64,000 bases of DNA. Origin: Haliotis rubra (lineage: Eukaryota). Positions within the stretch are counted from its first letter, which is position 1; each line of letters opens with the position of its first letter. Of this stretch, positions 13,170-24,048 are shown piece by piece. The stretch is taken from assembly GCF_003918875.1 (NCBI RefSeq), contig NW_025765736.1:682001-746000 (forward strand), written 5' to 3'. Under the pieces are notes generated by a model, which saw only the letters and a program-made list of their open reading frames with translations, searched no databases and was not told where the DNA came from. Made by a program: the position numbers and the translations under genes.

Positions 13170-13492
13170 GATTTGTGTATGGATGTGTCTCTGGCAGTCT
13201 TTGAATGTGTCTGTGTTTCTGTTGATGTGCACATTGATGTACCTATGGATTTGTGTATGGATGTGTCTCTGGCCGTCTTTGAATGTGTCTGTGTTTCTGC
13301 TAATGTGCACATTGATGTACCTATGGATTTGTGTATGGATGTGTCTCTGGCGGTCTTTGAATGTGTCTGTGTTTCTGTTGATGTGCACATTGATGTACCT
13401 ATGGATTTGTGTATGGATGTGTCTCTGGCGGTCTTTGAATGTGTGTGTGTTTCTGCTAATGTGCACATTGATGTACCTATGGATTTGTGTAT
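13170..13492. repeat. 78-bp tandem repeat (about 4 copies)
   Basis: GATTTGTGTATGGATGTGTCTCTGGC...GATGTACCTATG repeated; explains the overlapping repetitive ORFs. Confidence 0.9.
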
Positions 13493-13992
13493 GTATATAA
13501 TTATTCATAAATGTCTACACTGGTGAGTCTGTGAATGTGTCTGGGATATGGCTACCGATGTGCCTATGAATTGTTTAATGTGGCGGTGGATATATCCCTC
13601 AGTCTTTCTACGAATGTGTCTAAAAGTGTGTCTATAGATGTATCAATGGATGTGTCTAAAGATATTTCTATAAACTGGGACAATATAGACGAAACTGTCT
13701 ACGAACGGATGAAGGGATGTGTCCATGTATCTGTGTCTGTCTATGAATGTGCCTTGAAAGGTATCTAGGGGTGTATTTATGAATGTGTCTGTGGACAAAA
13801 AAAAAAACAAAACAAACTAAAATATAAATAAATGAATGTATGTTCTGAAATGTTACCACGTATGACTAGGTAACAAACACAAAAGCGCATATAAACTGTA
13901 ACATTCAAACCTCTGTTAGAATGTGCTAGTCGAATGAGCAGCGTTCAGTTTGTGATCCGTACTCAGACCCCATTTCACCCCACCCTATCAGG

Positions 13993-14350
13993 TACCACAT
14001 CCGTGGTGTAGTGGTTAGAGCGTCCGCCCGGAGAGCGGAAGGTCGCGGGTTCGATCCCCGACCGCGTCATACCAAAAGACTTTAAAATATGGTACTTGTT
14101 GGTCCCTGCTTGGCGCTCGGCATTAATGGGTACAACAAGGACTGGTCAGCTCGGAGTCAGTATAATGTGTCTGAGTCGGGTATTCATGCTTCACTGCGGC
14201 ATGGTATGTCAGTGGGCTAGCACTATAAAACCAGCTTAAGTCTGTGCTAGTACAAGCAGCCGCACATACACATACACACGCATGCACGTCGTTATATTAG
14301 CGAAATATTCTCAAGCACGACATTAAACCCAATTTCACCTCACTTCACCA
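13993..14350 (+). mobile_element. tRNA-derived SINE with V-SINE-like central domain
   Basis: tRNA head GGTGTAGTGGTTAG...GGTTCGATCCC followed by GTCATACCAAAAGAC...CCCTGCTTGGCGCTCGGCA, resembling the V-domain from memory. Confidence 0.7.
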
Positions 14351-16002
14351 CCTTTTCAGCCCCTCACCCTCAAACCATCTCCACCCTACCGGGCGTCGGG
14401 GTAGCCTAGTGGTTAAAGCGTTCGTTCGTCACGGTGATGGACCGGGTACAATATCTGAAGCCCATTTCTAGTGTCCCGCGCCGTGATATTGCTGGAATAT
14501 TGCTAAAAGCGGCGTAAAAACCAAACTCACTCACTCACTCCACCCTTCCCAGTCTCCATACCCCGACAACAATGGACGTCAAGTTGTTTCGGGTGCAGCC
14601 GAACCATGAAGAGCTGTGGGTGGACCCTTGAATGTGGACGTACGTTGGTGCAGAGCAGTACACACACACCACGTCTCTCCTAAAGAACCTATGTGCAGGA
14701 ATGCATGAATATGAGGGGACTTTTCCCTGCGCTTTGTCCCGTGAATCATGTCACGAGAAGCTATATTTAACTCCTGCACACTACGCGATCCAGACTTCTC
14801 ATATTGATGCGAGTGTCGTTACACGGTGTACCGGGAGGATAGTTACACGGTGTGACGGGGGGAGCCAAGCAACTGTCAAACGATACAGAACACAACCCGC
14901 TTCTTCGGGGAGAGGACGATCAGGTAAGGAATCTAGTCCACGTCACTGGTGGTGTTAGATATAGATCTGTAGAGTGTCTGTCTGTCTCTACCACATTAGC
15001 ATGACAGGTGGATCTACTATCAGTCTGGACAATATTTCTTGGGCATGGACCCATTTGACCCTTTATATGCATTTGTGTCATAAATATACCTATATTGCAA
15101 GGGTCAGTTTATAATTATATTTCGGATAATCTCATAATACGATTGACTGGAAGAATGCGTGCAATACCTCGGCTAAAGGGGAACCCGGAAGTTCTTTCAG
15201 CCATTGGAGATCTCCATATAATCTCTCTTGCTTTTTACGTTTTGTCTGGCGTTGAGGATGTTTATAATAGTCAGATATGGTTCTAGGTAAAATGGTTTAA
15301 CGACAAAACGACATCTAAGACTGCTAAATTGCTGGGTCATATTTCTATCCTTGAATCCGTGTAGATGTACACAAACCATTGAGTTGTACTCCGATAATAA
15401 AACATTGAGCATAGTCAAGTAGTGTACATGATAACCTCGGCAAAATGATATTCAGCAGCTCTACAGGCAAACCTGTTTGTGACATGATTGTGAGGAGAAG
15501 GTCCTGATAGTTTGATCATTACTTGCAGATGTGGTCAGCAGTCTGGTCATGTGTATCATAGAGGGTTACCTAAACCATTGCACCCGTGAAAATCCGGGTT
15601 AGAATTAGTCTTCAGCAGCCCATGCTTGTCGAGAGAGGCGACTAACGGGATCAGGTGATCAGGCTCGCGGACTTGGTTGACACATGTCATCGTATCCCGA
15701 TCGCGTAGAACGATGCTCGTGCTGTTTATCACTGGATCGCTTGGTCCAGACTCGATTATTTACAGACCGCCGTCATATAGCTGGAATATTTCTGAGTGCG
15801 GCGGTATAAACAACAACCAACCAACACAAACCATTGCAAATATCATAGACGGTCATGATACTTGTCCTCTAAAAAGCATCGGATTCTCGAAAGGAACCTT
15901 TAAATTTCCTAAATTGTAGCAAATATTAGTTTTCTAGTAATTGTTGTATGGTAATAATGAACGAATTGGGAACCCATAACACCCGGTGGTATGTTATGAA
16001 TG

Positions 16003-16784
16003 GCGATAAGTGTAAGATGAGAAGGACGGTGGGGGTAAGATGAGAAAGGCGATAAGTGTAAGATGGGAAGGACGATGGGGGTAAGATGAGAAGGACGATG
16101 GGTGTAAGATGGGAAGGACGATGGGAGTAAGATGGGAAGGACGATGGGGGTAAGATGAGAAGGACGATGGGAGTAAGATGAGAAGGGAGATGGGGGATAA
16201 GATGAGAAGGAGAAGGACGATGGGAGTAAGATAAGATGAGTAGGACGATGGGATAAGATGAGTAGGACGATGGGGGTAAAGATGAGAAAGGACGATGGGG
16301 GTAAGATGAGAAGGACGATGGGGTAAGATGAGAAGGACGATGGGGGTAAGATGAGAAGGACGATGGGGGTAAGATGAGAAGGACGATGGGGGTAAGATGA
16401 GAAGGACGATGGGGTAAGATGAGAAGGACGATGGGGGATGGGGACGATAAGTAAGATGAGTAGGACGATGGGAGTAAGATGAGTAGGACGATGGGAGTAA
16501 GATGAGAAGGGACGATGGGGTAGTAAGATGAGTAGGACGATGGGGGTAAGATGAGTAGGACGATGGGTGTAAGATGAGGACGATGGGGTAAGATGAGAAG
16601 GACGATGGGGTAAGATGAGAAGGACGATGGGGGTAAGATGAGAAGGACGATAAGGTAAGATGGAGAAGGACGATGGGGATAAGATGAGTAGGACGATGGG
16701 GGTAAGATGAGAAGGACGATGGGGGTAAGATGGGAAGGACGATAGGGGTAAGATGAGTAGGACGATGGGGGTAAGATGAGTAGG
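16003..16784. repeat. 23-bp purine-rich satellite (GGGGGTAAGATGAGAAGGACGAT)n, left part
   Basis: Direct tandem array that continues in register after the Polinton-like insertion. Confidence 0.95.
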
Positions 16785-16937
16785 TGTTGTACACAGGCTG
16801 GAATGGCCCTAAATCCGCCATTTTGATTTTATGACGTCATCATCGAACACCTGGCTGACCTCATTTCACAAGGGTGTCAATGACCTTGTACTGAGTTGAC
16901 CTTGGATTAAACAACTTTTCCAAGCGGTATTTTTAGA
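16785..16937 (+). repeat. Left terminal inverted repeat of the Polinton-like element
   Basis: Reverse complement of 21304-21456; contains CCGCCATTTT (YY1-like) and TGACGTCA (CRE). Confidence 0.95.
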
Positions 16938-18384
16938 TCAGGAGCATAGCAACCGAAAAAAAAATGACATCAGGGTAGTCATGTAGATTTACATGTGTAA
17001 GAGTGTGCAAACTCACTCCGGTGTGACTCACCCTGACCGAGGGGTCAATAACCGCGCGTCCCGTGGGAAACACATCATAGCATCACACCATGACATCATC
17101 CCATTAATTTAGACCAATCAGCGTAGAACAACTATCGGACTGACTGGACCACTGACCACAAACTAGTTTCATCCGGTTTCAATTTTACCTATTAAAAAAA
17201 CCCTCTGACAGTCAGTTGAAGTTATCATTTTGTCTTCTTACAAAATGTTTATATTTTCTATACTCAATAACCTTTTCTGCGGCCTGTGGAGAAAATCTGT
17301 CATCTCAGAGCGCGCGCCGTTGAGGCATGGTGAATTAACAGTCGCAGCCTCCACACACTTCCCTCGTCTCACTCAGCCGAGGTGTAATATGATACCTCCT
17401 CAAGTTGTACTCAAAATCGTGGGTCTAACATTAGCCTGTCTCACGTGTCTGACCCATATTATTTTGCCTACAGCCTAGCCCTCCCTGCACTGCTAAGGCT
17501 CTAAATGAAGTCTAGATTTCCCCCAGGTCTGCCTTGGGCTCCTTGTCAATTTAAATAGGTTTGTTTGTTACTATCAAGATAATACATTCAGAGACTAAAC
17601 ATTAGTCTAGTCAAACATGTGCACTCATATGTGTAAAAAAGAAATTATACGGGTTTTATAACACATTTGTTCAATGCAATCAGCGTTCATTGCCACATGA
17701 AAATGATTTGAGTTTGTCTTGACCATCACCAGAACAACCCAACTCAATAGAATTTCAAATGTATTTCAAACTTACCGGTATTCACATTCCATATTTGAAT
17801 ATCCAATCCATATTGTCATTGTATCCTGCCTTGTAATGCGATAAATTTAGGAATCAGGGATGATATTGAGATGTTATACCCAAATCCCATATGTTTGTGA
17901 TTGTATTGAATGAATCAACCACCAAAACACATGAGACTAATATTGCACCTTCCATGTAAATAGAACATATGTTATATCTGGGATTGTGTTGTGCAAAATA
18001 CTCTCCCTCTCACAGTGCTAGCAGAGACGCGATCTGGTGACCCACATTTGCGTGTGTGGGACTATGCTGTGGCGGGAGGGGTAGGGGAGGGACGGGGGCA
18101 CTGCTGTGGCAGAGGGAGGGAGGTTTCTGTCGACAGTTATAGCCTGACGACATTTCTCGTGAGTGTAAAACACCCATAAATATAAATGCTCGTTAGAATG
18201 AACGCTAGCTAGGGCGTGTCAGCTTTGAAATGTGCGTTCTGGTCATGGGGTTTTTGTACATCATATTTAGGAATGCAACTTTCAACTTTCTAAAATTCCA
18301 TCAGGAAAGGGGTGTAATTGTATAGTGTTAGCATGAAAGAGTAATCATAAATGACAATTCACAGGTGTATATTATTTTCATATG

Positions 18385-18530
18385 GGTATTTATATAGCAC
18401 TATAGTCCATACCGCATGCATGCTCAAAGGGCTGGTAACTTTTTCCTTGGATGTCAATCACCATTCTCAACTCCCCGGGGAGCATCTTGCTGCCACTAGG
18501 CGCACTAAGTTAATGTGGCTCCCAACGAGG
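18385..18530 (-). mobile_element. SINE 3' fragment (family C) nested in the Polinton-like element
   Basis: Similar to the 3' parts of 42165-42640 and 57830-58010. Confidence 0.65.
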
Positions 18531-18657
18531 TATACATCACAAAAAAACAAGATAAACTGATTTTCATTTTTTTATTAGCTCCGTTTCAAACGAGTACAAC
18601 TACGGGATAGGAGCGCTCCCAGAAGTTTACTTTACATCTGTTGTCTTATCACCGTTC

Positions 18658-20561
18658 CTAATCGTCATGGCCTTCACTCTCTTCATCAGATGTTATGTCT
18701 GCATTATCATCTTCGGTCAAGCCTTCGACCCAAGACTTATATTGGTACAGATTGGAAAACACATCATGATACAGATTATTTGTGTCTCCTACTTGTTTCA
18801 GTATTCCTTGTGTCTTTGGACCATACTGCATATGGAACAGATAAGTAATAAACCAGGCATACGTCTCTTTAAACGTGCTCCACATGTATTTGTTCAGTTT
18901 GGCTTGAATCGTGTCTTCGTTTAAACCTCTTTTCATGTACAGCTGTCGTTTCTCATCCAAAAAGTCTTTATTCAGCTCACGTGTACGTGAATACATTTGT
19001 CTTATACCTTGCTCTTCGAGATCAGCCATCTTTTTTTTCCTGTTGTTTTGTGCGACTTCGTTTAATGATTCATCATCATCATCATCATTTTCCATTTCAG
19101 GACATTGTTTATCGTGTAAATGTCTTTGTAAGTTGTGGTTATTGCTAAACACTTGACCGCAATAGTCACAATCTGACAGTGTACGCGGTGCCTTCACAGG
19201 AGAGAAGTTGTCGTCTTCCTCCCTCTTCCTTTTAACTTGGGGTATTCCCGGTGGACACACTGAAGACTTTACAGGACACTAGTTTCTTCTGTGTTTTTGC
19301 AAATCATGCACGTCTTGAAACATGAGTCCACAGTCATCACAAGATGGCATGGTTGGGAGGTTTTCTTCACACGTCTGCTCACGCCGAAAGTCTAACTCGG
19401 ACTGAATGGTCCTAGCTTGGTTGTCTCCTTTTAAGCTGAATGCATTGGGGCAAAGTCGCAAATGGGGAGGTGTTTGGGGTTTTAGATCAACCAACAAGTA
19501 ACCATATGGTTTCTGGATAGCCCTTTGAAACGGCTCCATGAAACGGTCTGTGTTACCTGGATACATTTGCCTCGCCAAAGTCATGATGGGTTGTTGATCG
19601 ATAGGGTTGTTGAACAGAAGCAGATAATGGCAGTTTCTTCGTTGTGTGGGATCCTTATAGTCTCTCGTACAGACCCTGAAGCAAATATATCCAAGAAAGC
19701 CCACACAAGTCTAGAGAATGTGGCAAGTCTAGATTTCCTCAGCTTCAGGAAGAAAGTCTCAGGGCTCCTTTTCATTATATTTTATTTTTTTTACTATGAA
19801 CTTTTTTCAGTAAAATATGTTCATTTCAGAGACTAGTTGTTAGTCTAGGATCCTTACTGAAATACAAATTCTGGTTCAAGGCTATCACTGAGATTACGAT
19901 GATGACTTCCTTCCGTAAACAGATCTGTAATGCGTGGATCTTTGCCCGCTGTCGACATTAAGTCGTCGAGGATCACCACATTCACCACATGGGGGTCCAG
20001 AAACGCATCCTTTTCGAGATCAGAAGGAATGCCTTGATGAAATTCCACATAGGGATAAACATGGGTTTGAATGGTGTTATACAAGGGCTGCCATCGTTTG
20101 TAGAGCCAAATAATACGTTCAGGATAAGGTTTAATGTTCATGCGTTCTAGAATCTGTTTCACTAAGTACGTTTTCCCACAGGAGGTGGGCCCTGAGACAA
20201 TCATGGTGAAGGGGTGTATCAGTCTACATTCTTCCAAAGCACCCACATGTGGTTGCACTNNNNNNNNNNNNNNNNNNNNNNNNNNNNNNNNNNNNNNNNN
20301 NNNNNNNNNNNNNNNNNNNNNNNNNNNNNNNNNNNNNNNNNNNNNNNNNNNNNNNNNNNNNNNNNNNNNNNNNNNNNNNNNNNNNNNNNNNNNNNNNNNN
20401 NNNNNNNNNNNNNNNNNNNNNNNNNNNNNNNNNNNNNNNNNNNNNNNNNNNNNNNNNNNNNNNNNNNNNNNNNNTCGTCTGTGTTGATTCCTGAGATGTC
20501 TAAGCATGGCATCCCTTCTGGAAAACGTCTGATAGCACACGGGACACGTTGCTGACTGCAT
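18658..20561 (-). pseudogene. C2H2 zinc finger + A32/FtsK-like DNA packaging ATPase + two further zinc fingers (Polinton/adintovirus type), disrupted
   Basis: N-terminal CPVC...HLRNQH; Walker A SGPTSCGKT; Walker B VVILDDLM; LFTEGSHHRNLS; RRNCHYLLLFNNPID; KPYGYLLVDLKP; then CDDC...HRRN*CP and CDYC...HLHDKQC. Lesions: frameshift near 19885, 190-bp insertion 19658-19847, TAG at 19279-19281 (probable W codon). Assembly gap 20260-20474. Confidence 0.85.
19658..19847. mobile_element. 190-bp insertion in the ATPase gene with 9-bp duplication GGATCCTTA
   Basis: GGATCCTTA at 19649-19657 and 19848-19856; internal short IR TAGTCTCT...AGAGACTA; related sequence at about 17425-17612. Confidence 0.7.
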
Positions 20562-20657
20562 GGTGGTCCGAGTCTAAATGGCAAAGAACCTGTCTACTAG
20601 CTGCTTTTATCTAAAAACACGTCTTCCGTTTCTTTGTGCGACTCTGGGAGGAAGTCA

Positions 20658-20915
20658 TTATTTTGGCTTCAGTTTCCCCGTTCTCCTGCATCTGAATACG
20701 TGCTCTGGCCTGTTGAACGACTTGTTGGGTTGGAGACGTGAGAGCAAACTTTTCTGTAGAAGGGTTAGGTCTATCTTTACCCCTTGTTTCTCATAATAGA
20801 TCACATAATCATCCACGTTAGTAAAGGGATTGGGATATCCTTTAGCCTGCAAATAGTAATATTTGGTCCATTTCTTAGGATCGTCCAAATAGGGTCTCCA
20901 GTATCGTCTGTTCAT
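20658..20915 (-). CDS. Small Polinton/adintovirus-like putative virion protein (PYxxDPKKWxxYYxxQA motif), probably truncated
   Basis: ORF between the penton-like remnant and the ATPase, co-oriented; motif resembles small proteins of invertebrate Polintons from memory. Confidence 0.45.
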   Translation of the reverse strand: MNRRYWRPYLDDPKKWTKYYYLQAKGYPNPFTNVDDYVIYYEKQGVKIDLTLLQKSLLSRLQPNKSFNRPEHVFRCRRTGKLKPK

Positions 20916-20923
20916 TATCTTGT

Positions 20924-21055
20924 TCAGAATGAATACTGACTCTCACACAGAGGTTTCAGATGAAGTGTCACTATCACGGGTCCACGGCTAAATGAAGCTA
21001 AATCACCGTTTCTGTCCTTTATATAGATATCTGCTAGCCCTAATTCTAAAAACAT
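20924..21055 (-). pseudogene. C-terminal remnant of a Polinton minor capsid (penton-like) protein
   Basis: DIYIKDRNGDLASFSRGPVIVTLHLKP resembles the terminal beta-strands (I.I.D..G...F..G.V.VTLH) of Polinton minor capsid proteins from memory. Confidence 0.55.
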
Positions 21056-21060
21056 GTTGT

Positions 21061-21132
21061 TAGCAGAGCGTGGTTTCGATCCACGGTCCTCTGGGTTATG
21101 AGCCCAGAGCGCTTCCACTGTGCCACTCTGCT
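21061..21132 (-). tRNA. tRNA-iMet: Initiator tRNA-Met (CAT) variant carried inside the Polinton-like element
   Basis: AGCAGAGTGGCACAGTGGAAGCGCTCTGGGCTCATAACCCAGAGGACCGTGGATCGAAACCACGCTCTGCTA: A1-U72, anticodon stem CTGGG/CCCAG with CAT, T-loop ATCGAAA. TTTTT terminator 8 nt downstream; TATAAAA about 30 nt upstream. Confidence 0.9.
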
Positions 21133-21303
21133 CTCCCTTCACCTACCTTTTGTTAGGACTTTTATACACCACATCAACCAATGACAACCAAAATTGATTT
21201 ATTCTCAAATAGTCACAAATACACACAGTATTGTACAATGAGCATCGCATTGAAGTCTGAATGACATGGGGACTGTTCGGGGGCCTTATATTGCCCACTT
21301 GAG

Positions 21304-21456
21304 TCTAAAAATACCTCTTGGAAAAGTTGTTTAATCCAAGGTCAACTCAGTACAAGGTCATTGACACCCTTGTGAAATGAGGTCAGCCAGGTGTTCGATG
21401 ATGACGTCATAAAATCAAAATGGCGGATTTAGGGCCATTCCAGCCTGTGTACAACA
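21304..21456 (-). repeat. Right terminal inverted repeat of the Polinton-like element
   Basis: Ends ...CAGCCTGTGTACAACA, followed by the TSD AGTAGG. Confidence 0.95.
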
Positions 21457-22401
21457 AGTAGGACGATAGGGGTAAGATGAGAAGGACGATGGGGGTAAGA
21501 TGAGAAGGACGATGGGGGTAAGATGAGAAGGACGATGGGAGTAAGATGAGTAGGACGATGGGAGTAAGATGGGAAGGACGATGGGGGTAAGATGAGTAGG
21601 ACGATGGGGGTAAGATGAGAAGGACGATGGGGTAAGATGAGAAGGACGATGGGGGTAAGATGAGAAGGACGATGGGGGTAAGACAGGAAGGACGATGGGG
21701 TAAGATAAGTGGTAGGACGATGGGGGTAAAATGAGTAGGACGATGGGGGTAAGATGAGAAGGACGATAGGGTAAGATGGGAAGGACGATGGGGTAAGATG
21801 AGTAGGACGATGGGGGTAAAATGAGTAGGACGATGGGGGTAAAATGAGTAGGACGATGGGGGTAAGATGAGAAGGACGATGGGGGTAAGATGGGAAGGAC
21901 GATGGGGTAAGATGGTAGGACGATGGGGGTAAAATGAGGGGACGATGGGGGTAAGATGAGAAGGACGATAGGGGTAAGATGGGAAGGACGATGGGGGTAA
22001 GATGAGTAGGACGATGGGGTAAGATGAGTAGGACGATGGGGGTAAGATGAGAAGGACGATGGGGGTAAGATGGGAAGGACGATGGGGTAAGATGAGTAGG
22101 ACGATGGGGGTAAAATGAGTAGGACGATGGGGGTAAGATGAGAAAGGACGATAGGGGTAAGATGGGAAGGACGATATGGGGTAAGATGAGTAGGACGATG
22201 GGGGTAAAATGAGTAGGACGATGGGGGTAAGATGAGTAGGACGATGGGGGTAAGATGAGAAGGACGATGGGGGTAAGATGAGTAGGACGATGGGGGTAAG
22301 ATGAGAAGGACGATGGGGGTAAGATGGGAAGGACGATGGGGGTAAGATGGGAAGGACGATGGGGGTAAGATGAATAGGACGATGGGGGTTAAGATGAGAA
22401 A
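21457..22401. repeat. 23-bp purine-rich satellite, right part
   Basis: Same unit and orientation as 16003-16784. Confidence 0.95.
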
Positions 22402-22559
22402 TGTTGTCGTTAGGTTGTCGCTTAATATTTCCGTAAAACATTCAGTCATTCACTAGGACCGACATGTATATTCCATATGTCTCCCAAATGACAATTTGAG
22501 GGAATCTGCACCACGTGCACCAAGTTCGGCGAAACGTGCTCGGCGACTTATGACATAGA

Positions 22560-23170
22560 CACACACGCCTCCCTACCATGTCCCATGTGTGGTCTATGGA
22601 GGATAAGTCGATGTTCATTTATGACATGGACACTGAGTACACCATACTGCATGTAGACGATTTCTAATCGTCTGAGCAGTAACTCGTACTCAGTAGAGTG
22701 ATGGAAGGTTGCAACAATTTGATCGACTCGGTATAGTTCAGTTTCGTGGAGCCTCGCTTCGGATCAATGGAATCTATACATCTGTCGTTGCCCTGAACAC
22801 TTGAACATTGTTGACTGGTTAATCACATGCTCAGGAATGGCCGACAGCACGCTGTCACTGTGGTCCTGCCGAAGCGGTGGCCCAACGCCGTTGGTGCTGA
22901 TGAGGCCACGGTGAGCAGCCAGTTAGGCAACAGAAAATGTGCAGATGATGGTTATCTTGTGGGTGTGGTCACTCTCGGTCTTCTGTTTGTGGGACTGTCA
23001 GATGTCTAGTAAATCCGGTTGAAGCGTCGCAGTAGTCAGATGACGGTCTGCCTTGTGCTTCCGAATGTTCTGGCAATGTGTCTGTTCGAAGCCCCCATCT
23101 GCGATATTCCAATGGCTCTTTGTCTGCTGATACACTTGGAATTCTGGTATGTGCAACGAACAATCTCTGT
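22560..23170 (-). mobile_element. Degenerate Tc1/mariner transposase remnant
   Basis: RQRAIGISQMGASNRHIARTFGSTRQTVI is homologous to the 11485 ORF; continues in broken frames. Confidence 0.7.
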
Positions 23171-23550
23171 GTGAACTGTGTGATGAAAGTATGCTAAACG
23201 GTTAGAGAGAATACAATTTATGGACAACAAACTCCTTAATGAAAACCCAACGCGTATCATGAAGCAAGACCATCGGACGAAGGTCATAGGGGAGGAAGCT
23301 GTCATTGGACAGCAAAGAACCTTGTTGTTTGTTTGATCGGCGTTCTTGAAGTTGGGGAGTCAACAGTGTAGCAAACAACTTTATGATGCCAACTTCTTGT
23401 TTACCGATGTAAGAACCTTTGCATTCTACAAGAAGTTGTCATCCATAAAGTTGCATACTTCATTTTTTAGCAACGAACTTCGTTTTACGACCCTGTGACA
23501 CAACGTCAACAGAAATATCCCCGTCCTAACAAACAGAGGATGTGAGGTTT

Positions 23551-23617
23551 GAGTATATATAAACAATAACACTATGCGAATTGCCGCTAACGTTTCAGAA
23601 AAGGCAGTGAAGAGACG
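23551..23617 (+). promoter_or_regulatory. Possible TATA promoter and non-coding first exon of CABIT paralog 2
   Basis: TATATATAAA at about 23554, candidate donor ACG|GTAAAA at 23617/8, and acceptor TTCGCAG at 24043 just before the ATG. Confidence 0.35.
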
Positions 23618-24048
23618 GTAAAATCGGCCACTCTTTTAACTCGGTATTTTTGGTTCGTGGCGAAGAGTAAACATTTAGTCAGTAGAAGAGTAACAGTGGT
23701 ATTGTTTGTTGCTTTGTCAGTCTGCGATTCCGATATTGTACAACTTGTCACCACGCTGTATGTACCACACCGTTTACACTTCACACCATGGATCACGCTG
23801 GGATATACCTGTGTTGTTGTTTGGGGTCAGGCTAAACAAACAGACTCGTGAAGCGTACATACAATCTTGGAACCGTGTTGCTGAGGGGCATTTTATTAAG
23901 AAATTCAGTGATCTTACTTAAATAGCCTTAATGTTTCTCGAAATCAGGAATGATTGCACGACATATGGCAATATTTTAACCCCTTTCATTTAAGACATAC
24001 ACTTTCACGATTCAATCTTAATGCATTTCACCGACATTCGCAGAAAAC

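Larger units (their letters stand above)
16785..21456 (-). mobile_element. Non-autonomous Polinton/Maverick (adintovirus-like) element, 4672 bp
   Basis: 153-bp TIRs at 16785-16937 and 21304-21456 (one mismatch seen) starting TGTTGTACAC. 6-bp TSD AGTAGG at 16779-16784 and 21457-21462. Encodes an A32/FtsK-like packaging ATPase, penton-like and virion-protein-like remnants and a tRNA-iMet. No pPolB, integrase or major capsid gene is visible. Confidence 0.85.

Noticed and set aside
12934-13526. Overlapping repetitive ORFs on both strands
   Set aside because: Explained by the 78-bp tandem repeat.
13993-14065. tRNA-like sequences here and at the family A and C heads
   Set aside because: They continue into SINE bodies and tails and lack a proper acceptor stem and terminator.
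15994-22449. Pro/Ser/His-rich ORFs (extensin-like) at 15994-16821 and 21407-22449
   Set aside because: Translations of the 23-bp satellite, whose unit is not a multiple of 3.
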